Assembly: GCA_002439705.1 (NCBI GenBank)
Contig: DJPE01000014.1
Location: forward strand, 321-48,490
Direction of reading: 5' to 3'
DNA: 48,170 nt
DNA from: Christensenella sp. UBA6420
GTDB lineage: Bacteria > Bacillota > Clostridia > Christensenellales > DTU072
Part shown: piece after piece, positions 17,878 to 27,470 of the stretch
How the letters are laid out: every line of letters starts with the position of its first letter
Position numbering within the stretch: the first letter of the stretch is position 1
Position numbers and translations under genes: made by a program
The notes under the pieces: generated by a model
Told to the model about the DNA's origin: nothing
Database searches by the model: none
Seen by the model: the letters and a program-made list of their open reading frames with translations, nothing else

Positions 17878-18336
17878 TTAAAAATCTCCCAATGCTCTGC
17901 TTCTGTTAAACGAAGGTCCTGCTCTCAAAACGGATTCGCCGATTTCGAGCCGTTCAACCGTTCTCGCAACTTTGTTCTTTTCGACTTCGGCAATCATCGC
18001 TATGCCCTGTCCCGCAAGGTTAAGCGCGCCCGCTATCGGGTCTATCATAAACGCAATACCTGCGGATACCGCGCTTTGCGCAATGCCGCTAATAGCCTGC
18101 GCTTTCGCTTGCTGTCTGTCGTTACCCGTTTTTACCGACATAAGCGATAATCCCGTATCTGCGACGCCTCTGAAAAATGCCGTAGCTTCCCACGCTTTCG
18201 CGACGGTTTTAATCGGGTTGTTGCCTTGTTCCTTTACCTTGCTCGTCGCTTTCGCTTCTTTTCTTTCTCCGTCTCCGCTCTCTTTATCCGAGTCCGTAGT
18301 AGGAACTCTTATAATAAGTTTGTAAGTATCTGCCAT
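17878..18336 (-). CDS. Hypothetical virion protein with a Gly/Ala-rich hydrophobic core (152 aa)
   Basis: AQAISGIAQSAVSAGIAFMIDPIAGALNLAGQGIAMIAEVEK resembles membrane-active or tape-measure-like segments, but the protein is far too short for a siphovirus tape measure. Confidence 0.4.
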   Translation of the reverse strand: MADTYKLIIRVPTTDSDKESGDGERKEAKATSKVKEQGNNPIKTVAKAWEATAFFRGVADTGLSLMSVKTGNDRQQAKAQAISGIAQSAVSAGIAFMIDPIAGALNLAGQGIAMIAEVEKNKVARTVERLEIGESVLRAGPSFNRSRALGDF

Positions 18337-18344
18337 AATTTCTC

Positions 18345-19157
18345 CTAATAAAAAAGCGTTGCCGTCACGGTAATTCTCGGTATTTTTTTCGGTTCGAACG
18401 ATATATTGATATCTTTCGTAGTTATCGTCGTTTCGAACGGATATTCCTTCGTATAAGCTACGCCGTCGTAATATTGAAACGCGTAAGTTTTATCAAGGCT
18501 ACCGCTAAGCACGTCTTTGACTATCTCTACGGTCTTTTCCGTATTTCTATACGGAATATCGAAAAACAAAGCAAGAGACTGCATCGTCTTCGTGTTTTTC
18601 GCGTAATCGCCGTTCTTGACGTTCCCTGCTTCCAATTCGGCGGCTACGCCGATAGAACCCGACAAATACGTCATTTCTTCTCCGTCTATTTTAATTACGC
18701 ACGAATTCGAAATAACCCCGTCTTTTATCAACGTATAATAGCAAAAGAATTGTATTTCCACCGAACTACCCGCGCCGGGTCTTATAGATAAATCGGATAC
18801 CGACGGAAAGTCGAAATTGCTTACGACGGCGTAGTCGTCGAGAGTAAACGCGTTTCCCTTGTTTTCGGTGATATACTCTATCACCGTAGAATAAACTTCA
18901 TCTATGTACGATTTAGGCACGGTGAAAGTTAAAAGCGCCATAACGTCGTAGTTTTCAAAATCCTTTATCGCCGTCATTCCCGTAGGTTGAGCTACGAGCG
19001 TACCCGATATAATCGGAAATTCCTTTTCTCGTATATTGTCGCGTAAAGGTTGATAGGCGTATTTGCCGACTTGCACTCCTATATTGAACTGAACTTTATC
19101 GGAAAGTTCGTTTAACTTTTCGGTAATCATAGCCGATAATCTCGCATAATCTATCAT
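18345..19157 (-). CDS. Virion structural protein (tail/neck region, 270 aa)
   Basis: Assignment by position, downstream of the head-completion genes. No motif recognised. Confidence 0.45.
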   Translation of the reverse strand: MIDYARLSAMITEKLNELSDKVQFNIGVQVGKYAYQPLRDNIREKEFPIISGTLVAQPTGMTAIKDFENYDVMALLTFTVPKSYIDEVYSTVIEYITENKGNAFTLDDYAVVSNFDFPSVSDLSIRPGAGSSVEIQFFCYYTLIKDGVISNSCVIKIDGEEMTYLSGSIGVAAELEAGNVKNGDYAKNTKTMQSLALFFDIPYRNTEKTVEIVKDVLSGSLDKTYAFQYYDGVAYTKEYPFETTITTKDINISFEPKKIPRITVTATLFY

Positions 19158-19543
19158 TCTTCCTCGTCTCCTTGTTTCTGTAAAATTCCGCCGAGAGTGG
19201 TTGCTAATTCCTGCATTATTGCTTTAACCGCATTATCCCACCAACCCTCGTTCGGGTTTTTCTTGCCTTTCCATTTCGCAGCTATCCACGGTTCCGTCGT
19301 AAACGGCATATACGGAGCTACTTTGCTATCCACGTATATCGTGTAAGTCGTAGATTTTTTATTCACTCGCTTCCTTAGCTTTATAGCGTTAGCGTACAGA
19401 TTGCCCGTACTTCCCTTAACCTTGTTTCCGTAGGCGTTTACGTAATATCCGTCGACTCGCGTATTCGGGTTCGGAGCAAGGTCTCTAAGCGTGCTGACGG
19501 CAGCTTGGATGGCAAGTTCAATCTTCGCTGAAATCTCGTCCAT
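19154..19543 (-). CDS. Head-tail joining region protein (129 aa)
   Basis: Small overlapping ORFs downstream of the capsid gene. Assignment by position. Confidence 0.45.
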   Translation of the reverse strand: MDEISAKIELAIQAAVSTLRDLAPNPNTRVDGYYVNAYGNKVKGSTGNLYANAIKLRKRVNKKSTTYTIYVDSKVAPYMPFTTEPWIAAKWKGKKNPNEGWWDNAVKAIMQELATTLGGILQKQGDEEE

Positions 19544-19874
19544 AATTTACCTCTATAAGCGATAAATAAAACTCTTCGAGCGGAACTAAGCCGAACGTAG
19601 GATAACGCTTAGGAGTTATTCCCGAAATCTCGTACCATTTGTTTCTATACAGTATTCTCTGTCCTATTTCGTACGGATATTTATATCTCGTACGGAGCGT
19701 AATCGCGTGAAATTCCGTTTCCAGGTTATTTCCGTTTGAAGAAAAATCTCTGCGACTTTCGTTCATATTCTCAACGCGAAAAATTTTATCCTTCTTAAAA
19801 TCTCCGTTCGTCGGATTCCACCTTGCCGTCTCTCTTGCGTACGCGTCCGATAGAGTGTTCAAAACTTGTATCAT
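19518..19874 (-). CDS. Head-tail joining region protein (118 aa)
   Basis: Assignment by position. Confidence 0.45.
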   Translation of the reverse strand: MIQVLNTLSDAYARETARWNPTNGDFKKDKIFRVENMNESRRDFSSNGNNLETEFHAITLRTRYKYPYEIGQRILYRNKWYEISGITPKRYPTFGLVPLEEFYLSLIEVNYGRDFSED

Positions 19875-19882
19875 ACTCTCTC

Positions 19883-20401
19883 CTAATATCCAAATTTTTC
19901 ATAATCGGGAGACGCCGCCCCGAAATATCCCGCATACGTCAAACTACGACCTAAACACGGTTGTATAGCGTCGAGCATATCTTCCGCTTCGGGCGCGATA
20001 ACGGCGCGTTTAAGTTCGTCTCTCGACACGTTATGTCCCTTGTACATATCGATACCGCTCATATCCTTTACGCTACCGCTTGAAATTAAATATTGGGCTT
20101 GCGCAAGTAATACGTCGTATACCACGAGTCTTAACTCTTCATAACAAGCCATTTCGAATAGTAACCATTGTAAATTACGAGTACGCGCCGAAATATAACG
20201 ATAAACGGAATCGCACGCTTGTCTTACTATGCGTTGAGCCAACGTAGATTTATTAGCGTCGACGTCGGGGAGTTCGTCTAAATTTATGCCGAGTTCGATA
20301 AAAACGGCTTTCTCGTTAAGATAGTAACGGTGTCTCGTATAATCGTAAACGAGAAGGTCGTCGTCAAACGGTTGTATAATCGTAGGAATAATCGTCATCA
20401 A
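19883..20401 (-). CDS. Head completion / connector-like protein (172 aa)
   Basis: First ORF after the capsid gene. Assignment by position only. Confidence 0.4.
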   Translation of the reverse strand: MMTIIPTIIQPFDDDLLVYDYTRHRYYLNEKAVFIELGINLDELPDVDANKSTLAQRIVRQACDSVYRYISARTRNLQWLLFEMACYEELRLVVYDVLLAQAQYLISSGSVKDMSGIDMYKGHNVSRDELKRAVIAPEAEDMLDAIQPCLGRSLTYAGYFGAASPDYEKFGY

Positions 20402-20519
20402 AACCTCCTATATTAAATACCCTTCGCCGAGTTGCACGGCAAATACTCTTAGGGCAGGCAAGGCACCGACTTGCGTCGAATGCCTCGTATTGATAAGGAA
20501 AAAGTGTTAGATTGCTCGT

Positions 20520-22070
20520 TTATTGTTCAGCCGTAAGCGTTTTGGTTACGCTGTAAGTAGCAAGAGCGGTGTTGTCTTCGGTTATTTCGACGGTAGCCTT
20601 TTCCATTCCGGGAGCTTCGACGGTTACGGTAGCCGCTACGCCTCTCGGCAAAGTGAAATCGTAAGTTCCGTCGCCGTTATTACCGAAGCTGTAACGGGCA
20701 AAACCGTCGCCGACGATAGTGAGCGTTGCGTTCTTCACGGGAGTCGGCGTTTGAGAACCGGTGTTAAGCGTAAGTTTGACGTCGGTCACGAGAGACTCGG
20801 ACGCTATGCCGATAGCCTGAATGGTTCCAGCTGCGGGAATAGCCGCCTGATAACTCTGTATGTACGCTTCAAGGTCTCTCGGCGATACGGTACCGCTGTA
20901 AGTTTCAATCGGGTTGACGAAGTCTGCGCCGTCGTTTGCGGATTCCACGAGAAGAGCTATCGCGCTGTCTCGGATAACCTGAGCGCCCCACTGCCAATCG
21001 TTACGCACGATATATCCCATAGAAGTGGTCGGGGCTTTATCTACTTCGACGTCGGTAGCGCTTCTTCCGAAATACACTCCGAGTCCGTTCGCCACGTAAC
21101 CTACTACTTTGTTGAATGCGGAAAGGTTAGCTACGGGTACGCCGTCGAGAGCCGCCGCCATGGTCCAATATTCGTCGGGAACTACTTTTATCATAATTCC
21201 GCCGTATTCGCCACGGATACAACCGCCGAGATAACGAGTATTATCGTCGGAGAACTTACCGCGGAGAAGTATCTTTTGACCGATATCGCTGTTTATAATC
21301 GCGCCGTTATCTACGGTCATAAGTTTATTAAAGACCGAATATTTAAGCACGAAAACGCTCTTTTCCACGGGATAGCTCACCACTCCGTCCACGTAACCGT
21401 TGGGAACGTTGGAAAGTTTGGTTGCAAGTGCGTTCATAACGTTTTGCAAATAGCCTTTGTCGGTATTCGTTTTATTGTAGAATACGACGTTGGAATTGCT
21501 CGTTCTCTTTGCTCTCGCAAGTCCCGCGCCGATATGGTTGCCCATAATATCCGCGTCGGTAAGCATAGCGACGACCTGCGGTATGTTCTGCGTGTACTGC
21601 GCAAGCAAGTCGAGCTGACTTCCTATCATACGCATCTGACTGCGCGACACCTGACCGGCTTCGTCGTAAATCTGACGGAAGAAAATATCCACCGCGTCGG
21701 TCTGCATGCCGTGGGGCAAATTGTTGTTGAAAGGCGAGTCGTTCCCGGGCGTACCTTCAAGTACGTGTCCGCCGAGATTTACGCTCAACGTACGCATATT
21801 ACGCGGAGCGGGAATAAGTCTCGGAATACGAACGGCTACCGCGCCGTCTTCCGTTGCGTTCATGCTCGTTACTCCGAGTCCGTCGGTAAAAATCTTCTGG
21901 TCGAGATAAAGTAACTGCCATTGACTCGCCAAACGTCTGTTCACGAGCACGTTACCTACCGCCGGGTACTGTCCCGAAGACGGAGTAACGTTGAAAGCAG
22001 GCTTAACGTTCGCCGCCGCCTGCAAGTAAAGTTGGGTATCGGAGATACCGTTGGAAATAATTGCTGTCAT
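20520..22070 (-). CDS. Major capsid protein with a C-terminal Ig-like decoration domain (putative)
   Basis: 516 aa, directly after the scaffold gene, with an alanine/glycine-rich abundant-protein composition. The C-terminal roughly 90 aa (TLTIVGDGFARYSF...VTVEAPGMEKATVEI) looks like a beta-sandwich add-on. Confidence 0.65.
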   Translation of the reverse strand: MTAIISNGISDTQLYLQAAANVKPAFNVTPSSGQYPAVGNVLVNRRLASQWQLLYLDQKIFTDGLGVTSMNATEDGAVAVRIPRLIPAPRNMRTLSVNLGGHVLEGTPGNDSPFNNNLPHGMQTDAVDIFFRQIYDEAGQVSRSQMRMIGSQLDLLAQYTQNIPQVVAMLTDADIMGNHIGAGLARAKRTSNSNVVFYNKTNTDKGYLQNVMNALATKLSNVPNGYVDGVVSYPVEKSVFVLKYSVFNKLMTVDNGAIINSDIGQKILLRGKFSDDNTRYLGGCIRGEYGGIMIKVVPDEYWTMAAALDGVPVANLSAFNKVVGYVANGLGVYFGRSATDVEVDKAPTTSMGYIVRNDWQWGAQVIRDSAIALLVESANDGADFVNPIETYSGTVSPRDLEAYIQSYQAAIPAAGTIQAIGIASESLVTDVKLTLNTGSQTPTPVKNATLTIVGDGFARYSFGNNGDGTYDFTLPRGVAATVTVEAPGMEKATVEITEDNTALATYSVTKTLTAEQ

Positions 22071-22093
22071 TTTTTTAGCCTCCTTGAATTTTT

Positions 22094-22531
22094 TTAGCCT
22101 TTGATTTGTCTTAAAATAGCCGTAGCTTCCGCCGGCGTCATTTTTTCCGTTGCGGTTTCGCTTTCGAACACTCCGCCGCTGACTCCGTATTTTTCTTTCG
22201 CCTTTTCGAGTGCTTCTTTATCTACGCTCGGTTGTCCTTTGGAAATGAACTCCATAATTTGTCCGAGCATCGTTTCCATTTTGTCAAGACGCGCATCGAC
22301 GGCGGCTTTTTCTGCACCTTTGCTTTCGTCAATACGGTCTTTCGCCGGCTGAGAGTCTTCTTTCCCTTCGTCCTTAAACTGTGCCGCTACGCTCTCGTCG
22401 GTACGAGCGCGTTCGGTTTGAGAATTTTCGCCTTTTACAGCTTCATCCTCGTTTGCCTTTTTAATGTCCTTTTCGTCTACCGTTGCCATTTGTTTATCCT
22501 CCTTTGGCGTTTTTTTGAAAAATTTGAACAT
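22094..22531 (-). CDS. Scaffolding protein
   Basis: Highly charged Glu/Lys/Asp/Ala-rich helical protein between the MuF region and the capsid gene. I moved the start to MFKFFKK (GGAGG RBS at 22536-22540) because the track extension would cross a terminator hairpin. Confidence 0.65.
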   Translation of the reverse strand: MFKFFKKTPKEDKQMATVDEKDIKKANEDEAVKGENSQTERARTDESVAAQFKDEGKEDSQPAKDRIDESKGAEKAAVDARLDKMETMLGQIMEFISKGQPSVDKEALEKAKEKYGVSGGVFESETATEKMTPAEATAILRQIKG

Positions 22532-22553
22532 ATAACCTCCGTTATTTATGCAT

Positions 22554-22577
22554 AAAAAAAGGACGGCATCCCGTCCT
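22554..22577 (-). terminator. Rho-independent terminator-like hairpin just upstream of the scaffold gene
   Basis: Minus strand reads AGGACGG-GATG-CCGTCCT followed by TTTTTTT. Confidence 0.65.
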
Positions 22578-22604
22578 ATCTTTATCATCGTTTATCCTAT
22601 AAAT

Positions 22605-22629
22605 ATAAAAAGACGCATTACTGCGTCTT
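22605..22629 (-). terminator. Rho-independent terminator-like hairpin after the 96-aa ORF
   Basis: Minus strand reads AAGACGCA-GTAA-TGCGTCTT followed by TTTTAT. Confidence 0.6.
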
Positions 22630-22685
22630 AATTATATCATGCTTAATTTCTCTGCGAACTAATCTACCGTTTTGTTTCTACGAGC

Positions 22686-22976
22686 TCATTGCATCCACTC
22701 GGTTTTCCATAATGGCTGAATAACTTTTACGCTTTCTATCTGGTCTAAATAGACCGTAAACCCAAACGGCGTTGAGTTATCACAAGTTACTCCGAACGCC
22801 GCCACGTTATAATCGTTATCGTCTGCATCTTCACATTCGTCGACGTAGCCTCGGATTACTTTATATCCATAAATATCCTTGCCTTCTTTCAAAACGATTT
22901 CGACAAATTCAAGAAAGAAGTCATTAAAGTTTTCTTCGGTCACGTTCGTATAAATTTCGTTTATCTTTACTGCCAT
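22686..22976 (-). CDS. Small acidic protein downstream of MuF (candidate immunity protein)
   Basis: 96 aa with an acidic patch DECEDADDNDY. It sits immediately 3' of the MuF gene carrying a C-terminal extension and is followed by a terminator. Confidence 0.5.
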   Translation of the reverse strand: MAVKINEIYTNVTEENFNDFFLEFVEIVLKEGKDIYGYKVIRGYVDECEDADDNDYNVAAFGVTCDNSTPFGFTVYLDQIESVKVIQPLWKTEWMQ

Positions 22977-23008
22977 TATACACTCCTTATAACAACATTT
23001 TCATTTTA

Positions 23009-24463
23009 TCATAAATACGGCACTATGTGAAGTCCTTTTTTAGAGTAATGTATCTTTGCCTTTTGGGTCGGTATCTTTTTCCCGTTTCTATATACAAAAC
23101 CTATTCGCTTGTCCGTCTCTATTATTTCTCGTATACCGTTTTGTTGTTCTGCTTGCACCCATCCACTACCGGCATATCTATCGATAATATTTTGAACTTC
23201 GCTTATACTTATCGTCACGATGCTTTTCCCTTGCATATACTCATTGCTTCCCGGTATATGCTTATTTTGTTTGCCGACGTGGACTTTTAGTGGATATTCT
23301 CCATTCTTTATTTTCGTTCGCAGAGTTTCTTTCGTGCGACTAAGAACGTTTATATGTTTATCAATTTCTTTCTTGCAACTATCGTTGATAAGTTCTTCAC
23401 CGTCGAATTCTTTGCATCTCCACGGATAAAAAGCTACTTTGTTTGCATTGCTATAATCGACGTATTTTTTGTAAAGCTCTTTGGCTTTCTTCCGTTGCTT
23501 TGCGGCTTCAATCGGGTCTATTTCTTTCAGACATATACTTTTCTTTATCGCTCGACGAGTTTCGCGCTCCAAATATCTTTGCGTTTTCTCGATATTGCGT
23601 TCTTTCTCTATCGCTTCTGCCGATATATGTATCGGTCCGTTCCCTTTACGATACGGAATAAGAAAATGCCGACAGTTAAAGCCGCTTATACAGCCGTTTT
23701 TATAAGTCTTTCCCGATTTGGTCGTATAATATATATCCGTAGCGTCGGAAAGCGGTCTGAATTCTTTTCCGTCGATTTTTCCGCTCCTGCCGCTTATGCT
23801 GTAAAGTTTTCCTTGCCACGGCTCGCAACGCTCCGAACAATTTCCGTGCGTAGATATCCAAACGAGGTCTTCTCCTTGCTCCGTCAACGCTCTAAGCTCT
23901 TCTTTTTGTCGCTCACTGCGTTCGCGCATCTCCGCTACGTTACGCAAACTTACGTTACTCGAATAGCTGTCCTTTGCTTCGGAATCTGCAAGCTCTCTGA
24001 ACGTTTTTTCTACTCTCTTTGCGTACGTTTCAGTGTATTCGTTTAACGGTTGAGCCGTTTCCCAATATCGCCCGACGGGTTCGACGATTTGTTGCAACTG
24101 CGGATTCGCTAACGTTATTTTCTCGGCGGCTTTTCTCTTTTGCTCGTCCGTTGCTTTCGGATTTCGTATCGTCACGACGTAAGGCAAAAGCCCTGCGTGT
24201 AGTCCAAAAAGTTCCGTCTTCGCTTTTCGATATTGTATCGTTGCGTAATAATAAAGCGATTTTTTAATTCTTTCTCGAAACTCTTCGTCTTCTATTGCGG
24301 GAGTCCATAGGTTTATCGCTCGCGATATTTGAGCGTTAACTTCAAGCCAAGCGCGATTGTATAAAACGGCGCTCTTAATGATTGCCCTTATCGCCGCTTG
24401 TGCTTTTTCCAAATCTAACGTCTGCGGAGAAAGTTCTTCGCGTTTAGTCGGTTTATTTATCAT
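23009..24463 (-). CDS. SPP1 gp7 / Mu F-like head morphogenesis protein with an extra C-terminal module of about 100 aa
   Basis: MuF-type core VWISTHGNCSERCEPWQGKLYS...GCISGFNCRHFLIPY. ATGA overlap with the portal gene. The C-terminal module is LKVHVGKQNKHIPGSNEY...IHYSKKGLHIVPYL. Confidence 0.8.
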   Translation of the reverse strand: MINKPTKREELSPQTLDLEKAQAAIRAIIKSAVLYNRAWLEVNAQISRAINLWTPAIEDEEFRERIKKSLYYYATIQYRKAKTELFGLHAGLLPYVVTIRNPKATDEQKRKAAEKITLANPQLQQIVEPVGRYWETAQPLNEYTETYAKRVEKTFRELADSEAKDSYSSNVSLRNVAEMRERSERQKEELRALTEQGEDLVWISTHGNCSERCEPWQGKLYSISGRSGKIDGKEFRPLSDATDIYYTTKSGKTYKNGCISGFNCRHFLIPYRKGNGPIHISAEAIEKERNIEKTQRYLERETRRAIKKSICLKEIDPIEAAKQRKKAKELYKKYVDYSNANKVAFYPWRCKEFDGEELINDSCKKEIDKHINVLSRTKETLRTKIKNGEYPLKVHVGKQNKHIPGSNEYMQGKSIVTISISEVQNIIDRYAGSGWVQAEQQNGIREIIETDKRIGFVYRNGKKIPTQKAKIHYSKKGLHIVPYL

Positions 24464-26004
24464 ACGAAATCACCGCCCATACCGTCGAATACTTGACTTT
24501 GCCTTGCGTCAGACTCTTTATCTATCTTGCTTTGATACTCGCGCGTTTCTTTCAAAGACAAATTGTTGATTTTTTGTATGAACGTTTCCTGCGGTATCGC
24601 GCCTGCTTCGTAGTTCGCTCGTAGGTTTGCGTCACGCTGTATCTTATTCCCGATATCGTCGGAAAGCTGTATAGACGCTGTACCGTTGAACCCTTCGAAG
24701 CGTAAAACAGCTTCCAACGCTTCGTCTATAACGGGCAAATACATTTGATGAGCGCTTCTTATCGTCGCTCTCGTAAGGTTCTCTTCCGCCGTAACTTCCG
24801 TCGCCGTACGCGCTGAATTATCCGCTAAAAACGGGAATACGGAACTCGGTGAAAAGCCGCAATGCGCTACGGCTTGCCGCATGTATACTTCAAGTATCTC
24901 TCGATATTGAGTGCTTCGTATATCGAACTGAACCGAAGTCGGCGGGAATTCTTTATCCCTTTCCGTAGATATGTAAACGAGTTCGTCGCTATCGTCTTCT
25001 TCGCCCAATGCCCTTTCTTGCGCCGCCGTTACGTTTATTCCGTTCCCCGCAAGAACGTCTCGGATTTCTCTTAAAAACCGTTTCGGAACGAGTATCTTTC
25101 CCGTCCCGTTAAGTACGTCTATTATACTTCCCGCAAAAACAGTATCGATACTCCAAAGTATATCTTCCGCCGCGTACAAAAGCGGGTCGCCCATATACAA
25201 CCCAGGTACGACGGAATTAGTTTCCGTACGACATAATATCCAAACTCCGAGTCCGTCGCGTTTGTCGAACGGCAAAGACATAGGCTTATTCAGCCGTATC
25301 CCCATTTTATTTACGACCTGCTGCATAGTCCGGGATAAATCTTTATACGGTATTCCGTCTCCGTCAAGCGTAGGCAGAACGTCTGCGCCTGCCGTTCCGC
25401 TCTTGACGTGCGCCTTATAAACTACGAACGGTACGCCTTGTTTCATATACCGATGCTCTACGAGCCAATATTGCGTAGCCGTGTTGCCCGCCTGTTGCGA
25501 AGCAAGAACGGTAAGCATAAATATCGCGTCTATGACTTCTCCCGTATCCGTAACGGTAGCGTAATAACGGTCTACTCTATGTGCCGTAAGATTAGTCCAA
25601 CCTCTTGCGTCTACGTTGAGCTTTATAGCGGCGGTCCCGGCAGATTCCGCGTAATCTATGGCTTGCGCCAAAAATTTATTAAAGCGACTCTTCTTTACCC
25701 ACACGTTATCTAAAAACTCACACGCCATATCGTCGCCGTTGAAAATTACGCGTTCGCCTTTTATAAGTTTGACTGCCGTACGCTTGATTGCGTAGCCTAT
25801 GTTGGAAGAAATGCTATTCTGCGTCGTTCCGTCCTTTATCCCGCTCGCATAAGCTAAATCTTGTCTAACGACAGTATTCATATAGTTTATAAAATACGGC
25901 GATAATCCGCTGTAATATTGACTCATATTTACCCAAAACGGTGACGGTGAAGTCGATTTCGTACTTAGGTAATCTTGTAAATATTTCGGTATCTGAAAGC
26001 TCAT
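24460..26004 (-). CDS. Portal protein (SPP1 gp6-like by position and size)
   Basis: 514 aa, between terL and the MuF gene. Confidence 0.75.
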   Translation of the reverse strand: MSFQIPKYLQDYLSTKSTSPSPFWVNMSQYYSGLSPYFINYMNTVVRQDLAYASGIKDGTTQNSISSNIGYAIKRTAVKLIKGERVIFNGDDMACEFLDNVWVKKSRFNKFLAQAIDYAESAGTAAIKLNVDARGWTNLTAHRVDRYYATVTDTGEVIDAIFMLTVLASQQAGNTATQYWLVEHRYMKQGVPFVVYKAHVKSGTAGADVLPTLDGDGIPYKDLSRTMQQVVNKMGIRLNKPMSLPFDKRDGLGVWILCRTETNSVVPGLYMGDPLLYAAEDILWSIDTVFAGSIIDVLNGTGKILVPKRFLREIRDVLAGNGINVTAAQERALGEEDDSDELVYISTERDKEFPPTSVQFDIRSTQYREILEVYMRQAVAHCGFSPSSVFPFLADNSARTATEVTAEENLTRATIRSAHQMYLPVIDEALEAVLRFEGFNGTASIQLSDDIGNKIQRDANLRANYEAGAIPQETFIQKINNLSLKETREYQSKIDKESDARQSQVFDGMGGDFV

Positions 26005-26012
26005 TCGTCCTC

Positions 26013-27470
26013 CTAAATGAAATTATAATAATATTCGTACGTTGCGTATTTGTCTGCGTCTACGGTATGGTCTTCCTGTCCTTCTTCTATTTCGCCCTCT
26101 TCGTTGCGAACGAAATTCTCCATTTCTATTACGGACGGTTCGTTATCGTCGACGTCCAACATCAGGAACTTACCGCTTCGCCATCCCGTATTTAACCTCG
26201 CAAGGTCGCGTTCTACGTCTTTGTTCGTGACCGCAACGCATTTTGCGGGCGTTAGTTTTTCAACCTCCAACATAAGGTCCTGCGTCAACCCCGCGCCGTC
26301 GAAACAATATCTCTCGGCTTTACTATCGGGAATGATTATTCCGTAATCTCTCATCTTACGTTTGAATTCTTCGTGGTACTCCATCAGCATAACCGCTTGT
26401 TCCGTATGGCTTAGACCGCGAGCTCCCGTCACTCGCATATATTGCTTTACGTCTATCTTTTTCGTCGATAACTTTATAAGCCGTCCGTCAGGATATAACG
26501 CCCAACTACTTACCGCCGTAGCGTCGTTCTTTAACCCGCTATCTACGCCATAAAACATATATACGGGTTGATAGAAAATGTCTTTGTTTATTTTCCGTTG
26601 AATTTCCGATACGCGAATAAGATGCCTTTCCCTATCGAACGCCCAAACGACTCTGCCTTCAAGGTTCATTAGTTCGCCTTCGTACCAATACGCGTAATGT
26701 ATCGGGTCGTTAATTTTCATTTGGAGAATATCCGCTATTTGCGCGGGTTCCAAAAGGTCCGCTATATCTCTCCACGTCGGGTTTATCTCTATTGCGCCCT
26801 GTTCTCTCACGAGTTTCGGAAAGTATTGATTCGCCCAATGATTAAGAGACGGAGGCGGGTTGTATCGGTAAACGTATTTTGAGTTTTCGTCAAGAAATCG
26901 TATAGCCGTAGACCTAAGCGCTTCGACGTATATCTTCCCGTCGGGCTCGTTTGCTTCTTCGAGTATAACTTTTTTGAGTTTGCCGCTCGGCGGTTCGTAT
27001 CCTTTCGTACGGTTTATATCTCCGTTTATCGCAAGGAATTGACATTTATTTCCCGTCGCGTTGCAAGTAATCTCAAACGGCGATTTGCTTATTTTGAAAT
27101 CGGCTCCCGAATGTTCCGAAAGACTGAACCCCATAGAAAATATCGTAGATTGCATCGACTGAAAAATGCTTTTTCTTATATCGACTTGTTCGCTTCTGCA
27201 ATACCATATATCGCCGCGAGAGCCGAAAAAAAGCGGCACCGTCGAGAACTCGTCGTTCTTCGTTTTGCCGCTATTACGTCCCCCGTGTAACACGAATGTT
27301 TTGACTCCCACGTCGTTTAAGCTTACCGTTTCGCCTTTAAGAATTCTTCTGCGTAATTCACTTTTATACGCGTCGGTGAACTTTTCTTGCTCTCGTCTCG
27401 AATAGTTATCGACGAATAAAGGCTTAAAGATATTTGGTATCGTTATATTCTTAACCGTTTGTTCCATCAT
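26013..27470 (-). CDS. terL: Terminase large subunit
   Basis: 485 aa. Walker A-like LHGGRNSGKT and an acidic nuclease half. It overlaps terS by 20 nt. Confidence 0.85.
   Translation of the reverse strand: MMEQTVKNITIPNIFKPLFVDNYSRREQEKFTDAYKSELRRRILKGETVSLNDVGVKTFVLHGGRNSGKTKNDEFSTVPLFFGSRGDIWYCRSEQVDIRKSIFQSMQSTIFSMGFSLSEHSGADFKISKSPFEITCNATGNKCQFLAINGDINRTKGYEPPSGKLKKVILEEANEPDGKIYVEALRSTAIRFLDENSKYVYRYNPPPSLNHWANQYFPKLVREQGAIEINPTWRDIADLLEPAQIADILQMKINDPIHYAYWYEGELMNLEGRVVWAFDRERHLIRVSEIQRKINKDIFYQPVYMFYGVDSGLKNDATAVSSWALYPDGRLIKLSTKKIDVKQYMRVTGARGLSHTEQAVMLMEYHEEFKRKMRDYGIIIPDSKAERYCFDGAGLTQDLMLEVEKLTPAKCVAVTNKDVERDLARLNTGWRSGKFLMLDVDDNEPSVIEMENFVRNEEGEIEEGQEDHTVDADKYATYEYYYNFI

Noticed and set aside
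20402-20519. Bulged hairpin (aggcaccgac...gtcgaatgcct) after the capsid gene, and a hairpin at 13680-13715 after the 905-aa gene, as terminators
   Set aside because: No T-run follows either stem on the coding strand. They may be RNA-stability or processing elements, but I cannot support a terminator call.
20523-21914. 463-aa plus-strand ORF, the longest plus-strand ORF inside the phage late region
   Set aside because: It is entirely antisense to the capsid gene. It has an Arg/Ser/Val-rich shadow-frame composition, no RBS and no neighbours on that strand. It is a codon-bias artefact.
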